NCBI GenBank assembly: GCA_963666975.2
Contig: CAXVYR010000004.1
Coordinates: forward strand, 1,920,001-1,984,000
Length of the DNA stretch: 64,000 nt
Source of the DNA: Terriglobia bacterium
Lineage (GTDB): Bacteria; Acidobacteriota; Terriglobia; 2-12-FULL-54-10
Direction: 5' to 3'
The translations under genes and the position numbers were made by a program. Positions within the stretch are counted from its first letter, which is position 1, and each line of letters begins with the position of its first letter. Below the pieces are notes generated by a model that did not search any database, was not told where the DNA came from, and saw nothing but the letters and a program-made list of their open reading frames with translations. Positions 28,520 through 39,330 of this stretch are shown piece by piece.

Positions 28520-29431
28520 TCAATTGGAATTGCTCCCTGGCGGGGAAGGCCCCTGTTCCAGCCGCACCTCGCTGTCCGGATGTAATCCGATCTTCCCCTC
28601 GGGCAGGAGTTGGTAGGGGAACCCGAGCGGGTCAGCGGGAATTGCTTCGACAAGCCCTCGGGAACCCATCTCAGAAAATGATTGCGGCCAGCGGCCCGTT
28701 TGCTCGCGGAAGGTGTTCGTCCGCCTTTCCAGCTCCTCGATATCGTCCAGCGCCTTCAGCGATTGGAGATGTCCGAGCGCGTTCTGGCGGATGCTTTCAT
28801 CCTCCGTTGACTGATAAATCTCCGTCCAGAGGAAGCGCGAGGTTTCCCGGTTCCCTTGCTTTTCCCGGATCACGGCCTCCATCACCTTCATCCAAGGGGC
28901 TGCGTGGGGATGCATGCCGCCCTCCCGGTAGGCATCGGCGGCCTGTTGATAATCTCTGAGGTGCCAGTAGTAAATGAAACCGAGATCATGCCACAAGCGC
29001 CATTCCTCGGGGTTGGCCGCGATCCCCCGTTGAATCAGGGCAACAGCCTGTTGCGGTTGGCCGGCTCCGCGGGGAGGAGGCTCGGTCAGAAAAATCGCGC
29101 CGAACTTGTAGGCGATCAGCAGGTACGGGTCGAGCGTCACCGTAATATTGAGCAACGGCCCCAGCAGGCTGAAATCCGTCTTGCGGTCGCGGATTCGCCC
29201 GCCGTAGTACTGCACCACGCGGGTCCAATAGATATCCGCCATCAAGCCGTCGTAGCCCAGGCTGAGCTTTTCCAGAACCTCGCCGGAGGAAACCCAAAGC
29301 ATCTCGGGCGTCTCCTGGTATTGGCTCCTATGCCGGTCAATCTCCATCTGCACCCTGGCCGAGGCCGCCCAAACTCCCGCCAGCAGCAGGAGCAGCCCAA
29401 TGACAACCGGCTTGGAAGCGGGACGGCTCAT
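28520..29431 (-). CDS. Membrane-anchored TPR-like protein coupled to an ABC transporter (PilG-like)
   Basis: N-terminal TM, ADIYW, TLDP, TPR-like helices; start overlaps the permease stop. Confidence 0.65.
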   Translation of the reverse strand: MSRPASKPVVIGLLLLLAGVWAASARVQMEIDRHRSQYQETPEMLWVSSGEVLEKLSLGYDGLMADIYWTRVVQYYGGRIRDRKTDFSLLGPLLNITVTLDPYLLIAYKFGAIFLTEPPPRGAGQPQQAVALIQRGIAANPEEWRLWHDLGFIYYWHLRDYQQAADAYREGGMHPHAAPWMKVMEAVIREKQGNRETSRFLWTEIYQSTEDESIRQNALGHLQSLKALDDIEELERRTNTFREQTGRWPQSFSEMGSRGLVEAIPADPLGFPYQLLPEGKIGLHPDSEVRLEQGPSPPGSNSN

Positions 29432-30210
29432 TTCAAATCCCTGCGGGAAAAGATCACCACCGAGCAGCCGAGCAGCACGCTCCCATAACAGAGCGCGTAG
29501 AGCGTATTGAACAGAACCAGGCTAGCCTCGACGGGCCTGCCGTGCGCCACCCATCCGGCAATGTGAAAGTTGCTGAAGTTCGGCAGCAAATAATAGAGAA
29601 CGGAAGTGAAGGCTTCCAGGGAAGGATTCTCGGTGAGCTCTCCAAAGGCGCGGATATCGGAGGAGAAGCTTCCGACCACGAACAGCAGAAAAGTAAAGAT
29701 CGCCGAGAGCACGGGAGTGGAAAAACAGGAAAAAAACAGGCAGACGCCGGTCACGAGCGTCAGCTCGAGCAGTATGAAATAAATGCTGACCCAAATGAAC
29801 TGGTCTTGCGGCTCAAATCGGCGGGTCAGGTAGTACAGGGCCGCCCACAGTCCCGCGCTCATGAAGAGGGTATTGACCAGCAGCGTGAGATTCAATCCCA
29901 CGAACTTCCCCACGACAAACTGCCACCTATGGATCGGCTTGCTCAACAGCGTGTAGAGACTCCGCTTGTCAATTTCCTTATAGACCAAGCCGATCCCCAA
30001 GAAGATAGCGATCAACAGCCCGAAGATCGAAATGGAGGCGAGGCCCAGGTTGATGAGGATCGTTTTCTGAATCCCAATCGAGATCTCGCCAAACAGCAGC
30101 GCGGAAGCGATGAGGATGATGGCAAAGGCGACCAGATTGTAGAGAACCCGGTCGCGCACCGCTTCGCGAAAGGTGTTGAGGGCAATCGTAAACGTCTGTG
30201 AGAGATTCAT
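29428..30210 (-). CDS. ABC-2-type permease (PilI-like)
   Basis: NTFREAVRDR, EIDKRSLYTLLSKPI, six TM segments, FSRRDL. Confidence 0.85.
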   Translation of the reverse strand: MNLSQTFTIALNTFREAVRDRVLYNLVAFAIILIASALLFGEISIGIQKTILINLGLASISIFGLLIAIFLGIGLVYKEIDKRSLYTLLSKPIHRWQFVVGKFVGLNLTLLVNTLFMSAGLWAALYYLTRRFEPQDQFIWVSIYFILLELTLVTGVCLFFSCFSTPVLSAIFTFLLFVVGSFSSDIRAFGELTENPSLEAFTSVLYYLLPNFSNFHIAGWVAHGRPVEASLVLFNTLYALCYGSVLLGCSVVIFSRRDLK

Positions 30211-31280
30211 GGCGCCGTAGCAGAGCCCCGGTGCGCGTCTTGATTTGTATTGGGACCGGGGCCGGAGCTTGCGCTAGGGCCCTGAAACATCTCCATAAAA
30301 TAATCTTCCAGGCTAAAGCGGACCGGGTTCAGTGAAATCAGCCGCAGCCCGTTTCCCGCAAATAACGCCAGCAGGTTCCGGATATTTTCTTCCCGGATCT
30401 CCATACGGTATTGTCCCCCCGAGACGGCCAGGGGCTTGGCCGCCAGGGACTCGACCTTCGGGAGCATCTCCGGCGAGGAGCACTCCAGCACGGCCTCATA
30501 GTCCGCTTCGGAGCCCGCCCCGGAAGCTGACTGCCGCTTTAACAACTCTGAAATTTGCCCCACTCCGACCAGCCTTCCCCGGTTCAGGATCGCCACACGG
30601 TCGCAGAGCGCCTCCGCGTCGGAGAGAATGTGCGTGCTGAAGAAGACCGTTTTTCCCGCCGCCTTGAGATGGAAAATCAGTTCCCGCACTTCCCGCCGTC
30701 CCATCGGGTCCAGTCCCGACATGGGCTCGTCCAAAAGAACGATCTCCGGCTCGTGCAGGATCGCCTGAGCGATTCCAATCCGTTGCAGCATTCCCTTCGA
30801 GAACTTCCGCAGCGGCAGATGACGGAACTCTTCCAGACCGACCTGTTCTAAGACGGCATCCCTCCGGCTCTTGCGCTCGGCGGGCTGGAAAGGAAAGAAG
30901 CGCGCGAAATAGTCCAGCAGTTCCTGAGCGGTGAGGTAATCGTAGAAATAGGGATTCTCCGGAAGGTAGCCCACTTGCCGGAACGTTCCCGGTTCCCCCA
31001 GCGGGCTGCCGAGAATCGTCGCCGTTCCTTCGGTTGGGAAAATCAGGCCGGTCAGGAGCTTCAAAGTGGTTGTCTTGCCCGCGCCATTGGGGCCGAGGAA
31101 CCCAAAGACTTCGCCGCGCTCCACCTGGAGGGAAAGCCGGTCCAGGGCGCGCCTCGGACGCTTGCGCCAGAAGCCGACTGGATAGTCCTTGCTTAGCCCT
31201 GAAATCTCGATGGCCGACATAGCACCGCTCATTATATCGGATAGAACATCGTAGGAAAGGCATTCTTGCCAGTCAACCAA
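30207..31280 (-). CDS. ABC transporter ATP-binding protein (PilH-like)
   Basis: [27 protein letters not shown]; true start probably about 31220-31232. Confidence 0.92.
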   Translation of the reverse strand: MVDWQECLSYDVLSDIMSGAMSAIEISGLSKDYPVGFWRKRPRRALDRLSLQVERGEVFGFLGPNGAGKTTTLKLLTGLIFPTEGTATILGSPLGEPGTFRQVGYLPENPYFYDYLTAQELLDYFARFFPFQPAERKSRRDAVLEQVGLEEFRHLPLRKFSKGMLQRIGIAQAILHEPEIVLLDEPMSGLDPMGRREVRELIFHLKAAGKTVFFSTHILSDAEALCDRVAILNRGRLVGVGQISELLKRQSASGAGSEADYEAVLECSSPEMLPKVESLAAKPLAVSGGQYRMEIREENIRNLLALFAGNGLRLISLNPVRFSLEDYFMEMFQGPSASSGPGPNTNQDAHRGSATAP

Positions 31281-31330
31281 ATGCGGGTGGGAATGCCTGC
31301 CTCACCGCCGCTGTCGGTTACAATGCCTCT

Positions 31331-32143
31331 GTGGCAAAGCGTCATCAACCGCCTCTGGGACAGGTCTTTTTGACCGACCGCCGCATAGAGGAGCACATCC
31401 TTCGCTCGCTGCATCTAGGGGCTGATGACACGGTACTCGAAATCGGCGCGGGCAAGGGCAACATGACGGAACTGCTGGCCCGGCATGCAGCCTCGGTGCG
31501 GACGGTGGAGGTAGATTCCCGTCTGGTCTCTTTGCTGCGCGAAAAATTCGCCGACAACGACCGCGTCGAGGTGCTCGCAGCCGACATCCTCAAGCTCCCC
31601 CTAGACAGCATAGCCGGCTCGGTCAACCGGCAGCGCATCAGAGTCTTCGGCAACCTGCCTTACTACATCACCTCGGCTTGCCTGATGCATCTGTTTCAGT
31701 ATCACCGCTGGATCGAGGAGATCGTCGTCATGGTGCAGCGAGAGGTCGCCGAGCGCATTGTGGCCTCCCCCGGATCGGGCGACTACGGGTTGCTCTCGAT
31801 CACCTGCCAATACTACACGCAGCCGGAGTTGCTGTTTTCCATTTCTCCGAAGGCTTTTCGTCCCCAACCTAAGGTGCATTCTGCGCTGGTCCGAATGCCG
31901 GTGGCCCCGCAAGGGGATGCTCTCGGAATCAAGGCAGAGGACGAAGCCGCCTTCTGGCGTTTCGTGAAGACGGCCTTTGCGCAAAGGCGAAAAACGCTGT
32001 TCAATAACTTGAAAGCGATCTGCGATGCGGAACCGTTGCGGCGCGCTCTGGAACGGTTGCAGATCGACGCCCGGGCGCGGGCCGAGACCCTGTCCCTGAC
32101 TCAATTCGCATCGCTCCAGAAAGCCCTGCGCAGCGGCGACTAG
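31331..32143 (+). CDS. rsmA: 16S rRNA m6,2A dimethyltransferase
   Basis: LGQVFL, LEIGAGKG, GNLPYYIT, MVQREVAER, FAQRRKTL. Confidence 0.95.
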   Translation: MAKRHQPPLGQVFLTDRRIEEHILRSLHLGADDTVLEIGAGKGNMTELLARHAASVRTVEVDSRLVSLLREKFADNDRVEVLAADILKLPLDSIAGSVNRQRIRVFGNLPYYITSACLMHLFQYHRWIEEIVVMVQREVAERIVASPGSGDYGLLSITCQYYTQPELLFSISPKAFRPQPKVHSALVRMPVAPQGDALGIKAEDEAAFWRFVKTAFAQRRKTLFNNLKAICDAEPLRRALERLQIDARARAETLSLTQFASLQKALRSGD

Positions 32144-32193
32144 ACCAGTTTCCGTGAAGGTATATAGTGAGTCCGGCTATTGACAACCCGATT

Positions 32194-32357
32194 CAGAGCC
32201 GCGCGCGTAAGCAAGCGACGACCAAACGTTGGGCGATTCAGCAGTTTGAGGGGGACGCTCCCTCACGGTCGCGGCTCGGAATGGGCGTGCCGATTGGGCT
32301 GCACTTGCCGAGCCGCGCGCGTTAGCAAGCGGACCCATACACCAGTTTTTCAACAAC
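32194..32357. repeat. REP triplet B(+)/A(-)/B(+), the last unit extended by a GTTTTTCAACAAC tail
   Basis: Units at 32194-32217, 32256-32280 and 32308-32332, between convergent rsmA and purE. Confidence 0.85.
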
Positions 32358-32360
32358 CTC

Positions 32361-32879
32361 TTAGAGCCGAAACTTCCGTTTGAGGCGCTTGCTTTTTTCC
32401 GCCACCGCCCGCGCCATCTCCTGTTTGTGCTGCGCCAAACGGCGGCTGAGGCTCGCATTGGAAGTGGCCAGTATCTGCGTGGCGAAGATGGCGGCGTTCA
32501 CGGCACCCGCCTTGCCCACAGCCATCGTCGCTACGGGAACTCCTCCCGGCATCTGCACGGTGGAAAAAAGCGCATCCGTGCCGCCCAGCGGGGAACTGGC
32601 TATCGGCACCCCGATCACCGGCAGGGTGGTCTCGGCGGCGATCACGCCGGCCAGGTGGGCGGCGCCGCCCGCGCCGACAACAAGCACCTTCAGTCCCCGC
32701 CCCGCAGCACTCCGTGCATAGTCAGCCGTGCGTTCCGGAGAACGATGCGCGCTGGTAATTTCGATATCAAAGGGAACTCCCAGTTGTTGCAGCATGCGGG
32801 CCGTCTCGGTCATGATCGGCAGGTCGGAATCGCTTCCCATTGCGATACCCACCAACGCTTTCTTTTTCGGTTTCGGCAT
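32361..32879 (-). CDS. purE: N5-CAIR mutase
   Basis: [35 protein letters not shown]. Confidence 0.96.
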   Translation of the reverse strand: MPKPKKKALVGIAMGSDSDLPIMTETARMLQQLGVPFDIEITSAHRSPERTADYARSAAGRGLKVLVVGAGGAAHLAGVIAAETTLPVIGVPIASSPLGGTDALFSTVQMPGGVPVATMAVGKAGAVNAAIFATQILATSNASLSRRLAQHKQEMARAVAEKSKRLKRKFRL

Positions 32880-32924
32880 GTTTCTGGTCCTCAGAGCAGA
32901 TGTAGTTTCCCGTTACATTTTCCG

Positions 32925-34217
32925 TTACAAGGGATGAGTTCGCAGCAGTCCTTTGCGGGCAATGTCCCGGCGGAAGTGCATCCCCTCGAAGTGAATTTTA
33001 GAGGCAGCTTCGTAAGCTTTTTGGGTGGCGGTCTTGAGGTCCGGGCCCCGCGCCGTAATTCCCAGCACTCGGCCTCCTGCTGTCACCAGCTTATTGTCCC
33101 GCTGGGCGGTCCCGGCGTGAAACACCTTGGCGCCATTGGCCACTGTCCCGGCCTCTATCTCTTCCAGCCCCGTAATCGGCTTGCCGGTCGAGTACTCGCC
33201 GGGATAACCTCCCGAGGCGGCCACCACGCAGACGCTGGCTCCCGGCTCCCAGGAAAGCATATCTTCGCGCAGGCTGCCGTCGGCGAGCGCCTTCAAGGCC
33301 TCTGCCAGATCGCCTCGCAAGCGGAACAGCAAGGGCTGCGTCTCCGGATCGCCGAAGCGGACATTGTATTCAAGCACCTGGGGTCCGTCTGCGGTAATCA
33401 TCAGCCCGCAATAGAGCACCCCCCGGAAAACAATTCCCTCCGAGCGCATGCCCTCAAGAGTCGGGGAAACGGCCTCGTCCAGAATGCGGCGGTAAAGGTT
33501 TTCGGAAAGGATGCCGTCATCGCTGTAGGCTCCCATGCCGCCGGTGTTGGGACCCCGGTCCTCATCCCAGACCGGCTTGTGGTCTTGCGTCGGGGCCATC
33601 GGGATTACGGTTTTGCCGTCCGTCAACACATGGAAGGAAACTTCCTCGCCCTCCAGTCGCTGCTCCAGCACGACGCGACGCCCGGCTTCGCCGGCCAGTT
33701 GCCCGGAAAAACACGACTGGAGCGCTGCCTCGGTCTGGCTGCGGTCCGAAGCGACCACCACGCCTTTGCCTGCGGCCAGCCCGTCGGCTTTCACTACAGC
33801 GGGCCCGCCCCAGCGGTCCAGATGCGTTCGAGCCGTTGGCAGGTCCTCGCAAACCACAAAGTCGGCGGTCGGTATCCCGTGACGGCGCATGAACTGCTTG
33901 GAGAAAATCTTGCTTCCTTCCAGGCGCGCAGCCGCTTGCACGGGGCCTGCCAGGGACAATCCTCTGGCGAGGAATTCATCGGCAACCCCCGCCACCAGCG
34001 GCGCCTCCGGCCCCGCGACGGTCAGGTCCGCTTGGAGTTCCGACGCCAGTTGGGCCAGTTCCTTGGGACCCATTTGCCGCGCCGGCAGGCAGACTGCTTC
34101 CTGTCGGATGCCTCCGTTGCCGGGAGCGCAAAAGATTTGCTGGACCGCCGGACTTTGCGCCAGCTTCCAGACCAGGGCGTGCTCCCGCCCTCCAGAACCT
34201 ATGACGAGTATTTTCAA
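32925..34217 (-). CDS. purD: Phosphoribosylamine--glycine ligase
   Basis: GSGGREHA, KADGLAAGKGV, GPNTGGMG, EYNVRFGDPE. Confidence 0.97.
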   Translation of the reverse strand: MKILVIGSGGREHALVWKLAQSPAVQQIFCAPGNGGIRQEAVCLPARQMGPKELAQLASELQADLTVAGPEAPLVAGVADEFLARGLSLAGPVQAAARLEGSKIFSKQFMRRHGIPTADFVVCEDLPTARTHLDRWGGPAVVKADGLAAGKGVVVASDRSQTEAALQSCFSGQLAGEAGRRVVLEQRLEGEEVSFHVLTDGKTVIPMAPTQDHKPVWDEDRGPNTGGMGAYSDDGILSENLYRRILDEAVSPTLEGMRSEGIVFRGVLYCGLMITADGPQVLEYNVRFGDPETQPLLFRLRGDLAEALKALADGSLREDMLSWEPGASVCVVAASGGYPGEYSTGKPITGLEEIEAGTVANGAKVFHAGTAQRDNKLVTAGGRVLGITARGPDLKTATQKAYEAASKIHFEGMHFRRDIARKGLLRTHPL

Positions 34218-34288
34218 ATGACGAGTGCTTTCAAAAGATTGCTCCCGAGCCCGGCTTGCTGCCTTTCAGTCCGGTTAAACCGATTCGA

Positions 34289-35383
34289 TCAGTTGCCGAA
34301 GGAGATGCCCAAGGCCTGGGCGGTTTTGACAATTTCACTTTCCGGTTTCACCGTCTTCAGAACCCCCACCGCTTTTTCCAGCGGGGTCGATTGAATGGAA
34401 CTACTCTTCAGGCAAACCATCTTGCCGAAATCGCCACGGGCGACCAGCCCTACGGCCGCGACCCCCAGGCGGCAGCTCAACACGCGGTCAAAGGGCGAAG
34501 GAGAGCCGCCGCGCTGGATGTGCCCCAAGACCGTGACGCGTGTCTCCCGGCGGGTCTGCTGGGCAATCAATTCTCCGATGGCATTGGCCACCGCGCCGCT
34601 CCGGGGCTGGATGCGGCGTTCATTGGTCACATCCGCAAGCGTGCGGCCATCGATCTTGCGGCAGCCTTCGGCCACCACGACGATGCTGAAGTGACGGCCC
34701 GCCTCGGCTCTTTCCTGAATCTTGGCGCAGATCTTATCGAGCGAGAAAGGGATTTCCGGAATCAGGATGACGTGGGCTCCGCCTGCAATGCCGGATTGCA
34801 CGGCGATCCAGCCGGCATCCCGGCCCATCACCTCCACCAGCATGATGCGATGGTGGCTCTCGGCGGTGGTATGAAGCTTGTCGATGGCGTCGGTCACCGT
34901 GTGCAGGGCGGTGTCAAACCCGAAGGTGATCTCCGTTGCTGAAAGATCGTTGTCAATGGTTTTGGGCACGCCCACCAGAGGCACTCCCCGCTGCCATAGC
35001 TCCAGGCCGATCTTCAGAGTGCCGTCTCCCCCCCCCACCACCAGCGCGTCGATGCCCAGCTTGGGGATATTCTCGATGATGCTGGGGGAAATATCCTTCA
35101 CCACGGTCTTGCCGTTCTCCGTGACCGGATAGGCAAACGGGTTGCCTCGGTTGGAGGTTCCCAGGATGGTCCCGCCTCGCGGCAGAATACCCGCGATCTC
35201 GGCGCTGCCGAGCGGGCGAATCTTGTCGGTCCAGACCAGCCCGTCATAGCCATCTTGAATCCCCAGGACTTTCCACCCATGCTCCACGGTCGCCGCCTTC
35301 ACAACCGCGCGAATGACGGCGTTGAGCCCGGGGCAGTCGCCTCCGCCCGTTAAAATTCCGATAGTCTGTATTTTTTTACTCAT
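34289..35383 (-). CDS. pfkA: 6-phosphofructokinase
   Basis: GGGDCPGLN, GGTILGT, GGDGT, PKTIDND, MGR, LGHIQRGG; ATG at 35383. Confidence 0.93.
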   Translation of the reverse strand: MSKKIQTIGILTGGGDCPGLNAVIRAVVKAATVEHGWKVLGIQDGYDGLVWTDKIRPLGSAEIAGILPRGGTILGTSNRGNPFAYPVTENGKTVVKDISPSIIENIPKLGIDALVVGGGDGTLKIGLELWQRGVPLVGVPKTIDNDLSATEITFGFDTALHTVTDAIDKLHTTAESHHRIMLVEVMGRDAGWIAVQSGIAGGAHVILIPEIPFSLDKICAKIQERAEAGRHFSIVVVAEGCRKIDGRTLADVTNERRIQPRSGAVANAIGELIAQQTRRETRVTVLGHIQRGGSPSPFDRVLSCRLGVAAVGLVARGDFGKMVCLKSSSIQSTPLEKAVGVLKTVKPESEIVKTAQALGISFGN

Positions 35384-35716
35384 GGTGTCTCTCGTTCTTG
35401 GGACTCCCATCCTGCAAAACGGACCGGGCACGCACATCCCGGTGAAACCGCCCATCCTCGCTTTCCACGGTCACTCTGGCCGCGGGAACATCGCCGCCAT
35501 CCTGATTCAGCACCCGCCCGCGGATTTAACCCGCTTGCGCCGGCGGGAGCGCAATGAATAAAAGTAAAAAAACAAACACACAACCTTCATCTAACATCTA
35601 AACAAGTCCCCTGATCCCTGGGACGAATAATGCAGCAGATATTATATTCGCAACGCCGCCCGACCGGTAGTCTGGAAGGAAAAAGGAGGCGCAGCTTTCC
35701 GTGTCGCTCCGCCCTG

Positions 35717-36862
35717 TTAGGGATTGAGCATGCCGGATTGGAGGACGCGGCCCTCGCTGTCGAGTGAAACCCGAAAGGTGAATGGAGAGTTGTCCGGCGA
35801 GGACGACCGGAGAAACTGAAGGTCTCTGTACTCAATCACGTGCATTCCGCCTTCCTGGCGGTAACTCACCCACGGGAATCGCGCGAACCAGCGGTAGATT
35901 TTCACCTCCGGCAATGCTTCCGCCGCTTGGAGATACCGGTTACTCTCGGCATGGGGATAGAAGCGGTAAGCGGGTTCACCTGAAGCTGCCAGATCAATTG
36001 TCCCCCTGTAGATTCCCTGGGGAGTCTCAACGAATCCTGCCCATCGAAAAAACGATGGAGGAGCGGGCAGCGCGGCCAGGCGTTGCGCGTCTATGCGTTG
36101 ATTAGCCGCTTGGGGACGTTTCGCGAACTCTTCCACGCGCGCCAGCGCCGCCTGGTGAGCAGCCCAGCACAGCCCAAGGTAAACGGCCAGGCCAGCCGCT
36201 CCGGCAAGGCAATATCGGGAGCGGCGCCACCGAAACCCATGACCCTGGAGCGATGGCATCACAAGCAGGGCCCCAAGCAACACGCTCGCCGCCGGCACGG
36301 TCCATGCGGAAAGCGGCACGCGCATCGCCGCAGCGAACTGAGCGATACCGACTCCAGCGAGGCTGAGAAAAACCCACACTTCAAGACCCCGCCGCCAGGC
36401 TCGCGGACGTTCCGAATACACCCAGGCCGTCAGTTGAGGCAAAAGCACAACCGTGGTTAAGACAAAGTCGAGGATAAAGGTCATGTCCCAGGCGGCCCGA
36501 GCGTTGCTTACCGGCGTCCAGATCATCGTCCCGTAGGAAGTGATGAGGTCCAGCACAATGTGCGACGCGATGCCGATCCCGTAAAAGCAAGTAAACAGCA
36601 GCCATTTTCTCTGGCGGGCCAGCACGCAGGTGAGAACTCCCAACAAAAGGGCAAACACGGGCAGGGCAAGCAAGGAATGGGTGATGCCGCGGTGGTTCTC
36701 CAGCCCGGCCAGCTGATTGCTGTAAAAGAAACGGTCGAATGTGTCGCTGTCGGGGAAGACGGCGCCGAGCGTCACCGCCATCGTGGCGATGCGGCCGTGG
36801 CGTTCGGAAAGGAAGGCCTTGGCCACCAGGGAGCCGGTGATTCCATGTGTGATGGTGTCCAC
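35717..36862 (-). CDS. YdjM-like membrane metal-dependent hydrolase
   Basis: MDTITHG, PDSD, HRGITHS, SHIVLD. Confidence 0.85.
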   Translation of the reverse strand: MDTITHGITGSLVAKAFLSERHGRIATMAVTLGAVFPDSDTFDRFFYSNQLAGLENHRGITHSLLALPVFALLLGVLTCVLARQRKWLLFTCFYGIGIASHIVLDLITSYGTMIWTPVSNARAAWDMTFILDFVLTTVVLLPQLTAWVYSERPRAWRRGLEVWVFLSLAGVGIAQFAAAMRVPLSAWTVPAASVLLGALLVMPSLQGHGFRWRRSRYCLAGAAGLAVYLGLCWAAHQAALARVEEFAKRPQAANQRIDAQRLAALPAPPSFFRWAGFVETPQGIYRGTIDLAASGEPAYRFYPHAESNRYLQAAEALPEVKIYRWFARFPWVSYRQEGGMHVIEYRDLQFLRSSSPDNSPFTFRVSLDSEGRVLQSGMLNP

Positions 36863-36888
36863 AACGGAGCGGGAGGCTGGTACAGAAG

Positions 36889-37164
36889 TTAGCGGAAACG
36901 GTAGACAATCCGTCCGCGCGTCAAATCATAGGGCGAGAGTTCCAGTGTAACCCTGTCTCCCGCCAGAATCCGGATGCGGTTTTTGCGTAGCCTCCCGGCC
37001 AGATGGGCCAGCACGAGCTGCTTTTGCTCGAGTTGCACGCTGAACATGCCGCCGGGAAACTTCTCAAGGACGGTGCCGCCCACCTCGATCCCTTCTTCCT
37101 TGAGGTTTTCATCACTTTCTTTCTTTTCTTTCTGCACTTTCGGTCGGAACCTTCGTTTAGCCAT
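36889..37164 (-). CDS. infA: Translation initiation factor IF-1
   Basis: [37 protein letters not shown]; basic N-terminal extension. Confidence 0.95.
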   Translation of the reverse strand: MAKRRFRPKVQKEKKESDENLKEEGIEVGGTVLEKFPGGMFSVQLEQKQLVLAHLAGRLRKNRIRILAGDRVTLELSPYDLTRGRIVYRFR

Positions 37165-37289
37165 ATGCTCCTTTTTTAAAAATTGGGCCTTTTTGCAGGG
37201 GCAATTCCCTGCCAGTTTACCATTGCCTGGAACACATTCCCTGAAATCTGCCCGGGCGTAAAGCTGATTCTACTGCTCATCGTAACATT

Positions 37290-38123
37290 GTGCCGGTCAT
37301 TGGTCGAGCCCTTCCACTCCTGTGCGAACTGCTCTCACTACTGAAACACGGAAAATTGCCGGCTCCAGCCCTTGCTTTCCAGGCGGGTTTTGAGAAACAA
37401 TCGGGCATGGCCCGCATGGAGAGGCAAAAAAATCCCACGCTCGAACAGATGCAGCAGGCCCAGGCCCAGCACCGGATGGTCATGGAGACCCCGCAAATTC
37501 CTCCCTTTGACCAGGGGAATCTTTCCGCCCTGATGGATTATCTCGAAAAGATAGCGAGCCTGGAAAACCGGCGGCAGAAAGCCAAGATGTCCGGAGACCC
37601 GGAACGCGCTGCCGAATTGCGCGCCAATCAGAAAAAACTGGCTCGCTCCGAACCAGGCCGGCTGATGAGAAAGTTTGAGCTCACCCGTTGGGGAAGGGTG
37701 TTGGCCGGAGCTTTGGCGCAGGGCGCAGTTCTCAGCCTCTTGTTTTCTCTGCTCCTGCTCGCCATTACGGGAGCGTGGGCCTGGTCGCCCTTGTCGCTGG
37801 TGACCATCCCCATCATTTGGGTGGTGCTGATGTGGGGCGTGGCTCCGCCCGTGTTCAGCGCTTCGGGGTCTCCCAAACGAACCCGCAAACTGGCCCGCGC
37901 CCTCAGCAACCGAACGCAAACCGCGGGCGTCTACGCACTGGTGGCCAGACCCTGGCTGACGGCTGTGGTTGTGGAAAGCGCCCCGCCAGATTTGGACCAT
38001 GTACAAGGCACGCAAGGCAAAAAAGAAATAGCTGCGGGCTCTCTTCACAGAGAACCACGCAGCATGATTCAAGCAGTTCAAAAGCTTCTTACGCCTTCTT
38101 GGAAAGCTTCTTTTTCTTCCTAA
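37290..38123 (+). CDS. Hypothetical membrane protein
   Basis: Long ORF with two hydrophobic segments; likely start ATG 37387; 3' end overlaps the PEP-CTERM gene and may be truncated. Confidence 0.45.
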   Translation: MPVIGRALPLLCELLSLLKHGKLPAPALAFQAGFEKQSGMARMERQKNPTLEQMQQAQAQHRMVMETPQIPPFDQGNLSALMDYLEKIASLENRRQKAKMSGDPERAAELRANQKKLARSEPGRLMRKFELTRWGRVLAGALAQGAVLSLLFSLLLLAITGAWAWSPLSLVTIPIIWVVLMWGVAPPVFSASGSPKRTRKLARALSNRTQTAGVYALVARPWLTAVVVESAPPDLDHVQGTQGKKEIAAGSLHREPRSMIQAVQKLLTPSWKASFSS

Positions 38124-38793
38124 TACCAGCCAGTCCTGCCAGCCCGGAGCCGAGGAGCAGCAGGGAAGTAGGCTCGGGGACGGGCTCGAATGCAATACTC
38201 ACATCATCCACGCCCATATTGAAGAAAAACTGATTATCTACCTCGCCGAACCGAAGCGCGAAAGTTCCGCCCGCTCCCACCAAGCTGGTAATATCAAAGA
38301 GGTAATTTGTGTAGTTGTGTGGATCAGGACCGGCGTCAACACCCGCGAAGAAATTTTGCAGAACTCCCGCTCCTGTGTCAAAGGCCCCGGCTCCTGCACT
38401 CAGAATGTCCACCCTGCCATACTGATTTGCTACTCCGCAGTTATAACAAAAATTTGGCGCGCCGAAGATTGGTCCTGCATCTAAATCGTTAACAAACATC
38501 GAGAACGTCAAAATCACGGAATCCGCGAGGCCTGGAACTGTAAAAATCTGACTTAATACATGCTGCCCAGGACCACTCTGATCCGAGACAGCAAACCAGT
38601 TCCCGCTATGCGGCCCTACGGTTAGATTGCCACTCTGGGGTGTGGTTGTCCCAGTATCGGCAAACCAATTACCAGATCCAGCATTATTCACGCCCCACCC
38701 GGCTAAGCTCCCGGATTCGAAACCGCCATTCGTGATCAGCTCGATCGGGTCCGCGTTTGCACTCACGGTGAACATCAGAAATGCCGCGAGCAC
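38089..38793 (-). CDS. PEP-CTERM sorting-signal surface protein
   Basis: C-terminal VPEPTSLLLLGSGLAGLAGIRKKK; ITNGGFE domain start; GGAGG + GTG at 38793 (the ORF extends to 39018). Confidence 0.88.
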   Translation of the reverse strand: MLAAFLMFTVSANADPIELITNGGFESGSLAGWGVNNAGSGNWFADTGTTTPQSGNLTVGPHSGNWFAVSDQSGPGQHVLSQIFTVPGLADSVILTFSMFVNDLDAGPIFGAPNFCYNCGVANQYGRVDILSAGAGAFDTGAGVLQNFFAGVDAGPDPHNYTNYLFDITSLVGAGGTFALRFGEVDNQFFFNMGVDDVSIAFEPVPEPTSLLLLGSGLAGLAGIRKKKKLSKKA

Positions 38794-38842
38794 CTTAATA
38801 CCCTCCAATCTCACCAAAGTAAAGAATCTTGGTTTAGTTTGC

Positions 38843-38857
38843 GCAATCGGATGACCA
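38843..38857 (-). promoter_or_regulatory. Putative sigma54 -24/-12 promoter of the PEP-CTERM gene
   Basis: TGGTCA-TCCGA-TTGC (GG-N10-GC), 50 bp upstream of the proposed start. Confidence 0.45.
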
Positions 38858-39330
38858 AAATGCTGTGCAAATAACGCAATGGTAACAAAGAAGTTATTGA
38901 ACGCCAGAGGGCTCCAACCCAATCTCGCCGACCCAATATAAGGGACAAAACGGTAATCGAATTCCCTTTCACTCGCGAGCAAGTGAGTTTGCGGAAGGGA
39001 AATCCAAATTCCCTTCAATCTCTACTGCCGGTGCACCGACTGGCGGCAGGGCACAATAACGCCTTGCACACAGTCAGCGATTGCCAGGTTTCCCCTGCTT
39101 ACAGTGGACAACGCTTTACGGCCGGGCGCAACGGCGTGGCCGGGCGGGCAGAGTTTTCCTGAGAGGCCTAGGCGAAGAATGGGTTTACAGCGCAGGGCCG
39201 CTTGGGATAGAGTTCCCGGAGCCGGGCTGTCGGATTCGAGGCGGATTATTTGCACCGGATCATCTCTGGAAACAGCTTGAGGACCATAATTTTTGTTTAG
39301 ATACCGCCGGCATCCTATGCTAGGACAACC

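Noticed and set aside
32194-32357. Repeat-spacer pattern as a CRISPR array
   Set aside because: Units alternate in orientation and sequence, spacers are irregular, and there are no cas genes.
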